From assembly GCA_963741955.1 (NCBI GenBank), contig CAVUKB010000004.1, positions 576,001 through 640,000 on the forward strand: a stretch of 64,000 bases of DNA, given 5' to 3'. Both the position numbers and the translations under genes were made by a program. Of this stretch, positions 48,765-58,914 are shown one piece after another; the stretch's first letter is position 1; each line of letters starts with the position of its first letter. The notes under the pieces are model-generated. The model saw only the letters and a program-made list of their open reading frames with translations, was not told the origin of the DNA and ran no database searches. Origin of the DNA: an uncultured Acidobacteriota bacterium. Lineage in GTDB: Bacteria > Acidobacteriota > Thermoanaerobaculia > Gp7-AA8.

Positions 48765-49505
48765 ATGGGGGACGACGCTGCGATCCGGGTCGAGGGGCTC
48801 CGAAAGCGATTCGGTGAGGTGATCGCCGTCGACGACCTGTCGTTCGCCGTCGGACGCGGCGAGATTCTCGGGCTGCTCGGCCCGAATGGGGCCGGCAAGA
48901 CCACCACGATTCAGCTGCTCCTCGGCCTCACCACACCGGATCGCGGCTCGATCCGGATCCTCGGACTCGACCTCGCGAGCAGCCGCCTCGCCATCCTCCA
49001 GCGCGTGAACTTCTCCTCCGCCTACATCGCCCTCCCGTCCAATCTCACCGTCCGGGAGAATCTGAACGTCTTCGCCCGGCTTTACGGCGTGGAGGGGAGG
49101 ACGAGGAAGATCGACGAGGTCCTCGAGCTGTTCGAGATTCCGGAAGTCAAGCATCAGGTCAGCGGCGCACTCTCGTCCGGACAGCAGACGCGCCTGAACC
49201 TCTGCAAGGCTTTTCTGAATGACCCCGAAGTCCTTCTCCTCGACGAGCCGACAGCGAGTCTCGATCCGGACATCGCGGACAAGGTACGAAAGACCCTTCT
49301 GCGCATCCAGAAGGAGCGCGGAGTGACGATCCTCTATACCTCCCACAACATGCGCGAGATCGAGCTGATGTGCGACCGGGTGATCTTCCTCTCCCACGGA
49401 CGGATCGTCGCCGAAGGCTCGCCACGCGAAGTCGTCGAAAGGAGCCGTTCCGGCGACCTCGAGGATCTCTTCATAAGCATCGCGAGAGGAGCACATCGCG
49501 AATGA
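48765..49505 (+). CDS. ABC transporter ATP-binding protein
   Basis: GPNGAGKTT, LSSGQ, LLLDEPT, SH switch; TAGAAT -10-like hexamer upstream. Confidence 0.93.
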   Translation: MGDDAAIRVEGLRKRFGEVIAVDDLSFAVGRGEILGLLGPNGAGKTTTIQLLLGLTTPDRGSIRILGLDLASSRLAILQRVNFSSAYIALPSNLTVRENLNVFARLYGVEGRTRKIDEVLELFEIPEVKHQVSGALSSGQQTRLNLCKAFLNDPEVLLLDEPTASLDPDIADKVRKTLLRIQKERGVTILYTSHNMREIELMCDRVIFLSHGRIVAEGSPREVVERSRSGDLEDLFISIARGAHRE

Positions 49506-50299
49506 GCGCTTCCGACTCCGTCCGAAGGATCTCCGCTCTCCTCCTTCGCTATCTCTACCTCTACCGCCGGAGCCTCGCCCGTATGGGCGAGATCTTCTTC
49601 TGGCCGGTCATGGATCTGGTGGTGTGGGGATTCGTGATCGCGTACCTGGAGCGGATGGTCCTCCCGAAGACGGTTCTCTTCTTCCTCGGCGGCGTGATCT
49701 TCTGGGACATCCTCTACCGCGCACAGCAGGCGATCACTCTGACCATCACCGACGAGATCTGGGTTCGGAACATCATCAATATCTTCATTGCACCTCTTCG
49801 GACCGGAGAGCTCCTCGCCGCCACCGCCCTGATGGGCGTGATCCGCGCAATCACCAGTGCGGTGGTCCTGGGGTCGCTGGCGTGGGCGCTGTACCACTTC
49901 AACCTCCTGCACGTCGGGCTCCTGCTGGTTCCATTCGTCGGCTCTCTCCTCCTCTTCGGCTGGGCGGTAGGGATGTTCACGACCGCTCTGATTCTCCGCT
50001 TCGGGCACGCGGCGGAAGCGCTGGTGTGGGGAGTCCCGTTTCTGCTCCAGCCGATCTCCGCTGTCTTCTATCCCGTGGATGTCTTCCCCGCCTGGCTTCG
50101 TCCGGTGGCGCTGGCACTCCCGTCGACGCACATCTTCGAAGGAATGCGTTCCGCGCTCCAGGGGCATTTCGCGATCACCGCACTCCTGACCGCCGTCGCG
50201 CTCAACCTGGTCTATCTCGTCCTGGGCGCGCTCTTCTTCGGATGGATGCTGAACGTGGTCCGCCGTCGGGGACTCCTCTCGCGTCTCGCGATGGAGTGA
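49502..50299 (+). CDS. ABC-2 type transporter permease
   Basis: About six TM segments, FYPVDVFPAWLRPVA..LPSTHIFEGMR; ATGA overlap. Confidence 0.9.
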   Translation: MSASDSVRRISALLLRYLYLYRRSLARMGEIFFWPVMDLVVWGFVIAYLERMVLPKTVLFFLGGVIFWDILYRAQQAITLTITDEIWVRNIINIFIAPLRTGELLAATALMGVIRAITSAVVLGSLAWALYHFNLLHVGLLLVPFVGSLLLFGWAVGMFTTALILRFGHAAEALVWGVPFLLQPISAVFYPVDVFPAWLRPVALALPSTHIFEGMRSALQGHFAITALLTAVALNLVYLVLGALFFGWMLNVVRRRGLLSRLAME

Positions 50300-50363
50300 A
50301 TGCGGGTCGGCCCGACAGCGGATCGCCGCTGCCACTCCGAAGTCCGTGAGAAATGACTCGCCG

Positions 50364-52637
50364 TCATTTCCTGCCGTAGCGGAGCGACCACTCGGTCCAG
50401 CGCGCGAGGGCGCGCATGGCACGATCCGCACTCCGGAACGACGGGATGCCTCCCCCCTCGAGTCTGAGCGCCATCGCGTCGTAGCGTGGACCGGCGTCGA
50501 CCACTGCAGCCCACGGGATCGAGGTCGTCCGCCATAACCCGACCAGACGCTCGACGACCGACTCCTCGCTGCCGATGTCCTCTGTGTGGCCGGCTCCTTT
50601 CGGCAACGTCTGCAACGCGCCGGTCAGCGGTACGCACCCGATGATCCCGAGATCGACGCTCTCGTCCCCGAGAAGTGCCGCTGCGACTTCAGTGAATGCA
50701 GAGTCGCCGAGCATTGGATTGACGTCGAGCGGATTGTCGATGGTGACGATCCGTTCGAGCCGGCTGAGGGAGAGGAGCCGTTCGATCTCCTCCCTCGTGC
50801 CAGGCGCGAGAGGTGCGAACGAGAATGGGCCGGTGTTGTCGGCAAACGAGACGCTTTCGAATCCCGCATTGGACATCGCCGCGAGGCGCAGCCCACGAAC
50901 CGGGCGGCTCCTGAGCATGGTGGCGAGTCGGATCAGATCGCGGAATTCGTCCATGCTCTCCGCGAGGAGCACGCCGGCGGCGCGTGCGAGCTCGCGGGTC
51001 ACGACGTAATCGCCGGCGATCGCGGCGGTGTGCGATGCCGTCGCCCTCGCGCCCGCAACGGTACGGCCGGCGCGATACAGGATGACTGGACGTCCCTGTT
51101 TCACGATGCGAGCCGCCGCCTGCATCCACTCCAGCCCGTCCATCGGACGAAACCCTTCGACGTAGAACGCGAAAACCTCGACCGAACCATCACCTTCCAG
51201 AAAGCGGAGGTAATCACCGACAGTCAGGTCGACCTGATTCCCGATCGAGACGAGGTACCGCGGAACGATCCCTCCCAGCTCCGTCGCCAGCGCGACACTC
51301 AGCGCGCCACTCTGGGACACCAGAGCGAGCGGCGCTTCGACCGGCTCGACACCACGCGGTTCCTCGAGCTTGTATCGTGGCAGGAATACCGTATTGACCT
51401 TCCCGGGTCTCGACTGAACGCCGAGGCAGTTTCCGCCATTCACGACAGGTCCACCCCAAGTCGACTTCCGGGAGTTCGCGAGAGTCGTTCGGATGTGCTG
51501 CTCGAGACTCTCCGAACCGTGGCGCTCCCCGAGTCCCCCCGGGATCACGATGACGCTCTCCGCGGCGCGAGCGTTCACCACCCGCTCAATGGTGTCGGGA
51601 ACCTGATCCGCTGCGATGCTCAGCACCAGAAGGTCGGCTCGTTCGGGCAACGACTCGACGTCGGGGACACAACCGCACCCGTCGATCTCCGTTTCGGCAG
51701 GTTTGATCACGTGGATGTGCGCGGGATCGAACCCTTCGTCGAGAAGATTGCGTACGATCACGTGTCCCGGATTCATCGCCTTCGACACTCCGGCGATCGC
51801 GATCGATCCGGGACGGAGAAGACGTCCGATCTTTTCGATGGGACGGGGCGCCGGGGCGACGACTTCGTCCGGAGCCGAAAGACGGACCAGCGCATCGAGT
51901 GCCACCGGTCCACTCTCAGTGGGAATGAGCGGATTGATCTCCAGCTCGGAGAAAGGGGAGGGGCAGTACTCTGCCGCGAAACTGAGGAAACGTTGAATCA
52001 GTGCCACGAGGTCTCTCGCGGCCATCCGCTGCCGCTGCCGGCGGACGCCTCCCGTGACGAGCGGTGTGATTGCGCACTCGCCGAGGATCCGTTCGATCTG
52101 CTCAGGCGGGGTGAGCTCGGGAGAGAAGATCGCGATCTCCCGCGATGCTCGGATGTTTCGGGTCATGAATTCGGTGGTGACTCCGCCCGGTCCGAAGCTG
52201 ACCACCGGACCGAAATCGGCAGTCCACCGGAAGCCGAGGAGAAGCTCTCCCCCGGGCGCTAGGTCGTGCTCGAAGCACTCACTGATCAGGATGCCTTCGA
52301 GATCCGCCTCTGCGAAATCTTCCTGCATCTGGTCGAGCGCATCTGCGATCCGATCCGGTTCGCGCGGGACGAAGCGGACCCCTCCGATGTCGCTCTTGTG
52401 AAGGATCGTGGGAGAGACGATCTTCAGCACGACGCGCTCGCCCTTCATCGACGTGAACGCCTCGGCAGCGGCACGAAGGTTGTGCGCCGGATCGGTGACG
52501 TGAATCTGCCGGGGGAGCCTTACTCCCAGGATCTCCAGAAGCACTGCGGCTTCGGGCTCGAGGAGGACGTCTCGCCCGTGACGGCGAGCGTTCGAGATCA
52601 GAGGATCGATGGCAAAAGATCGGACGATGGAGCTCAT
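50364..52637 (-). CDS. ADP-forming acyl-CoA synthetase, fused beta-alpha
   Basis: N-terminal ATP-grasp (LKIVSPTILHKSDIGGV, ELEINPL), then CoA-binding domain (PGSIAIAGVS), GGNCLG, SQSGA, ASHTAAIAG. Confidence 0.88.
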   Translation of the reverse strand: MSSIVRSFAIDPLISNARRHGRDVLLEPEAAVLLEILGVRLPRQIHVTDPAHNLRAAAEAFTSMKGERVVLKIVSPTILHKSDIGGVRFVPREPDRIADALDQMQEDFAEADLEGILISECFEHDLAPGGELLLGFRWTADFGPVVSFGPGGVTTEFMTRNIRASREIAIFSPELTPPEQIERILGECAITPLVTGGVRRQRQRMAARDLVALIQRFLSFAAEYCPSPFSELEINPLIPTESGPVALDALVRLSAPDEVVAPAPRPIEKIGRLLRPGSIAIAGVSKAMNPGHVIVRNLLDEGFDPAHIHVIKPAETEIDGCGCVPDVESLPERADLLVLSIAADQVPDTIERVVNARAAESVIVIPGGLGERHGSESLEQHIRTTLANSRKSTWGGPVVNGGNCLGVQSRPGKVNTVFLPRYKLEEPRGVEPVEAPLALVSQSGALSVALATELGGIVPRYLVSIGNQVDLTVGDYLRFLEGDGSVEVFAFYVEGFRPMDGLEWMQAAARIVKQGRPVILYRAGRTVAGARATASHTAAIAGDYVVTRELARAAGVLLAESMDEFRDLIRLATMLRSRPVRGLRLAAMSNAGFESVSFADNTGPFSFAPLAPGTREEIERLLSLSRLERIVTIDNPLDVNPMLGDSAFTEVAAALLGDESVDLGIIGCVPLTGALQTLPKGAGHTEDIGSEESVVERLVGLWRTTSIPWAAVVDAGPRYDAMALRLEGGGIPSFRSADRAMRALARWTEWSLRYGRK

Positions 52638-52681
52638 CAGGACTCCCGCTCGTGCAGAATCTGTTTCCGAAATGCAGCCGC

Positions 52682-53296
52682 TCAAGGTGTGGCGAGAGTC
52701 TCGAAAGCGTCCACCATTTCCGCAAAGTGAACCGACGTTCTTCCCTCTTCGAATGCGTCGAGATTCACCCGGACGAGCTTTTCACCCTTTGACCGGAACG
52801 TTTCTTCGATAGTCGCCTTCAGGCGCGAAGCGTCGATGGGGAGAAAGTCCGTCGCGGCGCCGACCATCACGACGTTGGCGGCGCGGACCGACCCCGCCTC
52901 GCGGGCGAGTCGCATCGCATCCACTACCGCGCTCCGCGGAAGGGCAAGGATCGCCGTAGTCAGCTCTTCGAGAGCCGGGTAGTCGGGAATGTTACGAGTC
53001 GGATCGGTGGAGGAGAGAACGGCTCCAACCGGCGAAAGATAGTCGAGATACCGAAGGCTCTCGAGCGGTTCCATCGAGAGGATCAGGTCGGCCTGTCCGA
53101 GTGCGATGGTCGGGCTGTGAATCGGATGGTCGGCGAGGCGAAGGTGCGCCACCACTGCGCCGCCTCGCTGCGACATTCCGTGGACTTCCGACTGCACCGC
53201 ATGCAGTCCACTTTCCATCGCGGCGCGGGCGATGATCGCAGCGACCGAAAGTACGCCCTGTCCTCCCACTCCGGCGATGATGATGTCGTACTTCAT
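52682..53296 (-). CDS. iorB: Indolepyruvate:ferredoxin oxidoreductase beta subunit
   Basis: AGVGGQG, SEVHGMSQRGG, ANVVMVGA. Confidence 0.92.
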   Translation of the reverse strand: MKYDIIIAGVGGQGVLSVAAIIARAAMESGLHAVQSEVHGMSQRGGAVVAHLRLADHPIHSPTIALGQADLILSMEPLESLRYLDYLSPVGAVLSSTDPTRNIPDYPALEELTTAILALPRSAVVDAMRLAREAGSVRAANVVMVGAATDFLPIDASRLKATIEETFRSKGEKLVRVNLDAFEEGRTSVHFAEMVDAFETLATP

Positions 53297-54936
53297 TGCG
53301 ACTCTCCCTTCGGGTTGATCGCAGGCGATTTCTTGATCTTCTTCACGGCCTCGATGCATGCGCGGTGTGCGATGACCACCGACAGTCCGCGATGGTCGAT
53401 CTCCTCACGAAGCAGCTCCGCGAGCTCGGCGACCTTTCTGGGATGAAGCTCGAAACTGCAGACGTGATTCGGATCGGCACCGAGTCCGAGGACTACGTCT
53501 TTCAGCTTCTCGGCGGGAAGAATGGTCGGCTGCGATCCGGTCATCGCCACGACGTCGTTGTCGAGAATGATCAGAGTCATGTTCGCGTCGGCAGTGATCG
53601 CATCCATCAGCGGAGTGATTCCGGAATGAAGGAACGTGCTGTCGCCGATCACCGCCACACATGGATGGACGCCGGCTTCCGACGCTCCTTTGGCCATTCC
53701 GACGGAGGCTCCCATACAGACGCAACTGTCTCCGACGGAATGCGGAGGAAGCACGCCGAGCGTGTAGCATCCGATATCAGAGGTGACGATCGGAGCTTCG
53801 AATCCTTCGAGCGCCGTAGAGAGAGCATCGTAAGCGTCGGTGTGAGGGCAGCCGTCGCAGAGGCGCGGAGGCCGCTCCGGAACCGGGAACCGGCTGACGA
53901 TGCCTGACGCCGAGGGAAGCCCGAGCGCTTTGCGTACCAGATCCTGAGAGAGCTCCCCGTCGGGTGGGACATCACCGCTCTCCCTCCCCCGGATCAGGAC
54001 CGCGGGAGGAATGATCCCGCGGAGATATCGCTCGAGATAGGGATACCCTTCCTCGAGGACGAGCACCTCACTCACGCTCGAGACGAGCTCGCGGATTCTT
54101 CCGACCGGAAGCGGGTAGGCGCCCACGTGAAGGTGCGAGGGCTTCTGCTCGACGTCGTCGACGACGTCGAAGTAGTAGTTTCTGGCAATTCCGGTGGTGA
54201 TGACGCCGAACGACGAGCCGGGGCTGATGTCGAGGTGGTTCCACTCCGATCCGGCGGACCACTCACGGACCTCGGCGCTCTGTTCCAGCCGGCGCTTCCA
54301 GTTTTCGCGTGCGAAAGCGGGAAGCAGAACCCACTCCTTCCGATTCATGATCGGGTCGGTCGGATTCTCGAGGCGCGGCTCGACTGGCCGGACTTCTGCG
54401 CGCTCATGCGCGAGTCGCGTCACGAGGCGAAGGAGGACCGGCGTGCGGAACCTCTCCGAGATGTCGAACGCTTCGAGAGTCATCTCGTACGCTTCCTGCG
54501 GTGTGGCCGGTTCGAGGCAGGGTATCCGCGCGAAGTCCGCGTAATACCTGCTGTCCTGTTCGTTCTGCGAGCTGTGCATTCCCGGGTCATCGGCCACCGC
54601 GAGGACGAGGCCTCCCTTCGGCGCGACGACGGCGGAATTCATGAACGGATCTGCGGCCACGTTCAGGCCGACGTGCTTCATCGCGACGAGTGCACGGCGT
54701 CCGGCCATCGACATCCCGAGCGCTTCCTCGTAGGCCGTCTTTTCGTTCGCACACCAGGAAGCTCTCGGCGCGCCGACGCTTCGAGAGTAGGCGATGAGAG
54801 CTTCGAGGATTTCTGTGGAAGGTGTTCCTGGATAGGCATAAGCCCCCGAAATTCCGGCATGGACTGCTCCGAGTGCGACCGCTTCGTCGCCCAGGAGCAT
54901 CAGTGCGGAAACCTCGCGGGTCAGGAGTCCGGGCAT
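53293..54936 (-). CDS. iorA: Indolepyruvate:ferredoxin oxidoreductase alpha subunit (TPP-dependent)
   Basis: LLGDEA, YPGTPSTEI, MKHVGLNVAAD, RPPRLCDGCPH, DIGCY, IGDSTFLHSG; start codon uncertain. Confidence 0.92.
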   Translation of the reverse strand: MPGLLTREVSALMLLGDEAVALGAVHAGISGAYAYPGTPSTEILEALIAYSRSVGAPRASWCANEKTAYEEALGMSMAGRRALVAMKHVGLNVAADPFMNSAVVAPKGGLVLAVADDPGMHSSQNEQDSRYYADFARIPCLEPATPQEAYEMTLEAFDISERFRTPVLLRLVTRLAHERAEVRPVEPRLENPTDPIMNRKEWVLLPAFARENWKRRLEQSAEVREWSAGSEWNHLDISPGSSFGVITTGIARNYYFDVVDDVEQKPSHLHVGAYPLPVGRIRELVSSVSEVLVLEEGYPYLERYLRGIIPPAVLIRGRESGDVPPDGELSQDLVRKALGLPSASGIVSRFPVPERPPRLCDGCPHTDAYDALSTALEGFEAPIVTSDIGCYTLGVLPPHSVGDSCVCMGASVGMAKGASEAGVHPCVAVIGDSTFLHSGITPLMDAITADANMTLIILDNDVVAMTGSQPTILPAEKLKDVVLGLGADPNHVCSFELHPRKVAELAELLREEIDHRGLSVVIAHRACIEAVKKIKKSPAINPKGESQ

Positions 54937-55031
54937 CGGTCTCACCCCCGTGGGTAAATTCTGCTAGGGATATACATCCTTGCCGCAGAAAACCCAGCGA
55001 CGAAGATCACAGCGAAGAGTGACTGAGAGAC

Positions 55032-55171
55032 ATCGAGGATCGTTGATCGAGGATCGAGGATCGAGGATCGAGGATCGGGGATCGAGGATCGGGGATCGAG
55101 GATCGGGGATCGAGGATCGGGGATCGAGGATCGGGGATCGAGGATCGGGGATCGAGGATCGGGGATCGAGG
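55032..55171. repeat. Heptamer tandem repeat (GAGGATC/GGGGATC)n
   Basis: About 20 seven-bp units; the later part alternates as a 14-mer; a short inverted copy lies at 55239-55255. Confidence 0.95.
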
Positions 55172-55260
55172 CCAGATCGAGATATGGAGAAGCCGGGAGC
55201 CGTCGAAACTTGAACGCACCGGGCAAGTCGCGTTTCTGGATCCTCGATCTTCGATGATTC

Positions 55261-58200
55261 TCAGGCTTCGCCGAACGTGAGGTCGGGAGGGATGGGGGGG
55301 CGGTCGGCTCCTTCCTCCGGCATGTTCCTTCGGAGGAACTCCTCGAATTCGGCCGGAGGTATTGGTCTCTCGAAGAGGAATCCCTGCATCCGGTCGCAGA
55401 GACTGCGGTCGAGGAAATCTCTCTGTTCCGCGGTCTCCACCCCTTCGGCGACCACGCGCAACCGAAGCTTGTGCGCCATGGCGATGATGGCAGTGACGAT
55501 ATTCGCGGTGTCGGGGTCGGTGGAGATGTCGCGTACGAACGACTGGTCGATCTTCAGCGTATCGATCGGAAAGCGTTTCAGGTAGCCGAGCGATGAATGG
55601 CCGATTCCGAAGTCGTCGAGTGAGATGCGCACCCCCAGGGCCTTGATCTCATTGAGGACGGTGATGCTGTTTTCGGGGTCCTGCATCGCGCTCGTCTCGG
55701 TGATCTCGAGCTCCACCTGGCTCGGATCCATCATCGTCTCCTCGAGCACGGAGCGAACGAGGTGGACGAGGCTGGTCTGCTGAAGTTGGGTGACCGAGAG
55801 GTTGATGGAGACCGAGAGAGAGCGGAACCCGCAGCGCTGCCACTGAACGGCATCGCGGCACGCCCTTCTGAGAGCCCATGCACCGATCGCTCCCATCAGC
55901 CCCGTGGTCTCCGCGATGGGAATGAAGTCGGCGGGATGAATCAGGCCCAGTTCCGGATGACGCCAGCGGATCAGTGCCTCCATGCCGTGGACGCGCCCGA
56001 GATTGCGATCCAGGATCGGTTGATAGTGGAGGACGAACTCTTCGTTGATCAGAGCCTTCCGGAGGCCGGTCTCGAGGGCGAGCCGCTCGAGGGCGCGGGC
56101 GCTGATGGTCGCGTTGAAGAGCTGATACGTGTCGCGTCCGGCGTCTTTCGCCTGATACATGGCGGTGTCCGCGTTCTTGATCAGCGTTTCCGCGTCCTCT
56201 CCGTCATCGGGATGGACGCTGATCCCGATACTGGTCGAAATGAACGTCTCCTTACCCGAGAGGTGGAACGGGTGGCGAATCGACTCGAGGATCTTCGTGG
56301 CGATGAAGACCGCGTCGTCGGCCCGGGTGAGAGTCGAGAGAAGCACGGTGAACTCGTCCCCACCGAAGCGGGCCACGGTGTCACTTTCCCGGATACAGGC
56401 CTGGATGCGGCTGGCGACGTGCTGGAGCAACTGGTCGCCGACGTTGTGTCCAACCGAGTCGTTGATCTTCTTGAAGTGATCGAGATCGAGAAAAAGGACT
56501 GCCACTTTCCGGCCGGTGCGCTGCGCTTGAGCGATGGCGACCGACAGCCGATCTTTGAAAAGGAGCCGGTTCGGCAGACTGGTCAGGACATCGTGATACG
56601 CGAGGTGTTTGATCTGTTCTTCGGCATAGGTTCGCTCGGTGATGTCGCGTACGACGCAGACGAAGCCGCCGTTCTCGATGACCGTGAGCGAGAGCTCCTG
56701 AGGAAAGACGCTCCCGGAGCGCCGTCGTCCGGCCGACTCACCGCGCCACTGACCCTGTTTTCGGAAATCCGGCATGACGTCGTTCACGAAGCGGCGGTAT
56801 TCACGCGCATCGAAAAGCATCGTCCACCGCCGCCCGAGCAGATCCTCGGGGTCTGAATATCCGTAGAGCCGGACGAACGCCTGGTTGACGTAAGTGAACT
56901 GCCCGTGATCCGAGAGGATGGCGATGCCGTCCATCGAAGCTTCCATCGCGGCGGACTGCGACTGCATGGTCGATTCGGCGCGCTTTCTCTCGGTGATGTC
57001 GTAAACGAAACCTTCGAAATAGAGAGTCTTACCTTCCTCGTCTCGAATGGCGTGGGCGTTGAGCTGTACCCAGATCGCCTTTCCGTCCTTCTTCTTCCAG
57101 ATGACCTCGAGATCGGCGGCGCGGCCGGTGGACTCGTACCTCGAGACCACGGCGAGCCTGTCTTCCGTAAAGAAGTAGATATCCTCGCCGAGGTGCCGCG
57201 ACATCACCTCGTCGGGAGATTCGTAGCCGAGAATTCTGGCCAGGGTGGCGTTGACGGTGAGGAATTCGCCTTCGGGAGTGGACTGGTAGATTCCAACCGG
57301 AGCGAAATCGAAAATGCTGCGGAACTTGGCTTCCGATTCGACCAGAGCACGTTCGGTCTGTTTTCGATCGGTGATGTCGTGAATGATCGAGTAGAGCAAC
57401 TGGCGTCCTCGAATGTGGATCGGTCCGGAATGCACCTCGACGTCACGCATCTCGCCGTTCGCGAGGCGGTGCTGAAAAAGAAAGAAACTGCGATTCTGGA
57501 GCTTCGCCTTCTGCATCTCCGCCTCGATCACTTCGCGCGGGAGGGGATTCAAGTCCCACACGTACATCGAGGCAAGCTTCTCACGGCTGTATCCGTAGAA
57601 ATCGCAGGCGGCGAGGTTCGCGTCGGTGATCTCTCCCGTATCCGGATCGATCACCAGTTTCACGGCCCGGTTGTTCTCGAACATCTGCCGGTACCGCGTC
57701 TCGCTTTCGACGATGGCTTCTTCCTTCGTCTTGTGCTCGATCGCGGCAGCCACGTGCTGCGAGACGAAAAGAAGGAGGTCTTTCTCCCTCTCGCCGAAAC
57801 GGACCTCTTCGGTGTAGCTCTGGACGCCGAGGACACCGAAAGTCCGATCCCCCGACTTGAGTGGCACGCCGAGCCAGTCGACGCTCGGCGCCCCGATGCT
57901 CTCGACGTCTCCGGCGGAGACCATCTGCTGGAACGCCTCGGGTCCGACCAGCAGCGGGGTTCCCGTCCGAAGTACATAGCCGGTCAGCCCTCGGTCGGAC
58001 GGTTGTTCCGGGGGGGCGGCATCGATCTCATCGACGAAGTAGGGAAGATCGATATGGCGCTTCTTTTCGTCGTACAGCGCGATGTAGAAGTTCCGCGCGT
58101 ACATCAATTCGCCAACGATCTGGTGCAGTGATTCGAAGAGCGCACCGAGATCGCTCGCTTCACGGGTGACTTCCGAGATTCGAAAGAGCGCCCGTTCGAG

Positions 58201-58725
58201 TTTTTCCGCCCTCTTCGCCTCGGTCACGTCGGTGAAGTACCACGCTCGTCCGATGACCTGCCCGAGATCCGAGATCACCGGAATCGAGGTACGCGAAAAG
58301 ATGCTCCCGGACCTCATCTCGATGATGTCGCCGGTTCGAATCACGTCCGGATGGGCGTAGAGCCACCGGACATTGGCGAGAAACGCCGCCGGGTCGGCGA
58401 CCTGGGAGACGGCGTGCTGGAGGAGCGCATCGTTGGTTCCGGTCGGATCGAATCCGGTCGGGAGATTCCAGATCTCGAGAAAGCGGCGGTTGCAGGAAAG
58501 GACCGTTCCGTCCGTGGCGACCACGAGGATTCCGTCGAGCGTGGCGTTCTGCTGAGCCTGGAGGATGGCGAGGGTGGTTCGAAGCGAGCGGCGTCGCTGG
58601 TCCCGCCCGGCCGCGAACCGCCTCAGCCGGCGCAGCATCGTAGCGGGATCGCCGAAGCGTTTTCCGTTCCTCGGGTCCGCCTTGCGCCCGTCTCGTGCCT
58701 CACTCGGCTCGATCAGTTCCTTCAT
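55261..58725 (-). CDS. PAS/GAF-GGDEF-EAL protein
   Basis: Multiple PAS domains plus GAF, HDVLTSLPNR, GGDEF, EALIRW, DDFGIGHSSL, AEGVE; start uncertain. Confidence 0.93.
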   Translation of the reverse strand: MKELIEPSEARDGRKADPRNGKRFGDPATMLRRLRRFAAGRDQRRRSLRTTLAILQAQQNATLDGILVVATDGTVLSCNRRFLEIWNLPTGFDPTGTNDALLQHAVSQVADPAAFLANVRWLYAHPDVIRTGDIIEMRSGSIFSRTSIPVISDLGQVIGRAWYFTDVTEAKRAEKLERALFRISEVTREASDLGALFESLHQIVGELMYARNFYIALYDEKKRHIDLPYFVDEIDAAPPEQPSDRGLTGYVLRTGTPLLVGPEAFQQMVSAGDVESIGAPSVDWLGVPLKSGDRTFGVLGVQSYTEEVRFGEREKDLLLFVSQHVAAAIEHKTKEEAIVESETRYRQMFENNRAVKLVIDPDTGEITDANLAACDFYGYSREKLASMYVWDLNPLPREVIEAEMQKAKLQNRSFFLFQHRLANGEMRDVEVHSGPIHIRGRQLLYSIIHDITDRKQTERALVESEAKFRSIFDFAPVGIYQSTPEGEFLTVNATLARILGYESPDEVMSRHLGEDIYFFTEDRLAVVSRYESTGRAADLEVIWKKKDGKAIWVQLNAHAIRDEEGKTLYFEGFVYDITERKRAESTMQSQSAAMEASMDGIAILSDHGQFTYVNQAFVRLYGYSDPEDLLGRRWTMLFDAREYRRFVNDVMPDFRKQGQWRGESAGRRRSGSVFPQELSLTVIENGGFVCVVRDITERTYAEEQIKHLAYHDVLTSLPNRLLFKDRLSVAIAQAQRTGRKVAVLFLDLDHFKKINDSVGHNVGDQLLQHVASRIQACIRESDTVARFGGDEFTVLLSTLTRADDAVFIATKILESIRHPFHLSGKETFISTSIGISVHPDDGEDAETLIKNADTAMYQAKDAGRDTYQLFNATISARALERLALETGLRKALINEEFVLHYQPILDRNLGRVHGMEALIRWRHPELGLIHPADFIPIAETTGLMGAIGAWALRRACRDAVQWQRCGFRSLSVSINLSVTQLQQTSLVHLVRSVLEETMMDPSQVELEITETSAMQDPENSITVLNEIKALGVRISLDDFGIGHSSLGYLKRFPIDTLKIDQSFVRDISTDPDTANIVTAIIAMAHKLRLRVVAEGVETAEQRDFLDRSLCDRMQGFLFERPIPPAEFEEFLRRNMPEEGADRPPIPPDLTFGEA

Positions 58726-58914
58726 GCGTTCAATCGATCGTCCGTTCCTCACGGAGATATGCCGGAATCGCAGCGCCGCGACTGCGAAGGGCATCCACGT
58801 GACGCCGGGCGAGTCAGCGTACGCGACAACGATCGAAGCGTTGCCGTTCGGGGCCACGGAATCGGATGCCTCCCGATTGTACGGTACGTCTGATGGTTTC
58901 GGAAAGCGTGGAGG

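Noticed and set aside
50320-50354. Possible end of another MITE (GCCGCTGCCACTCCGAAGTCCGTGAGAAAT)
   Set aside because: It only weakly resembles the 62.0-kb element end and has no partner inverted repeat in the window.
54942-55226. ORFs with SSIPDPR/IEDRGS repeats
   Set aside because: Artefacts of the heptamer tract.
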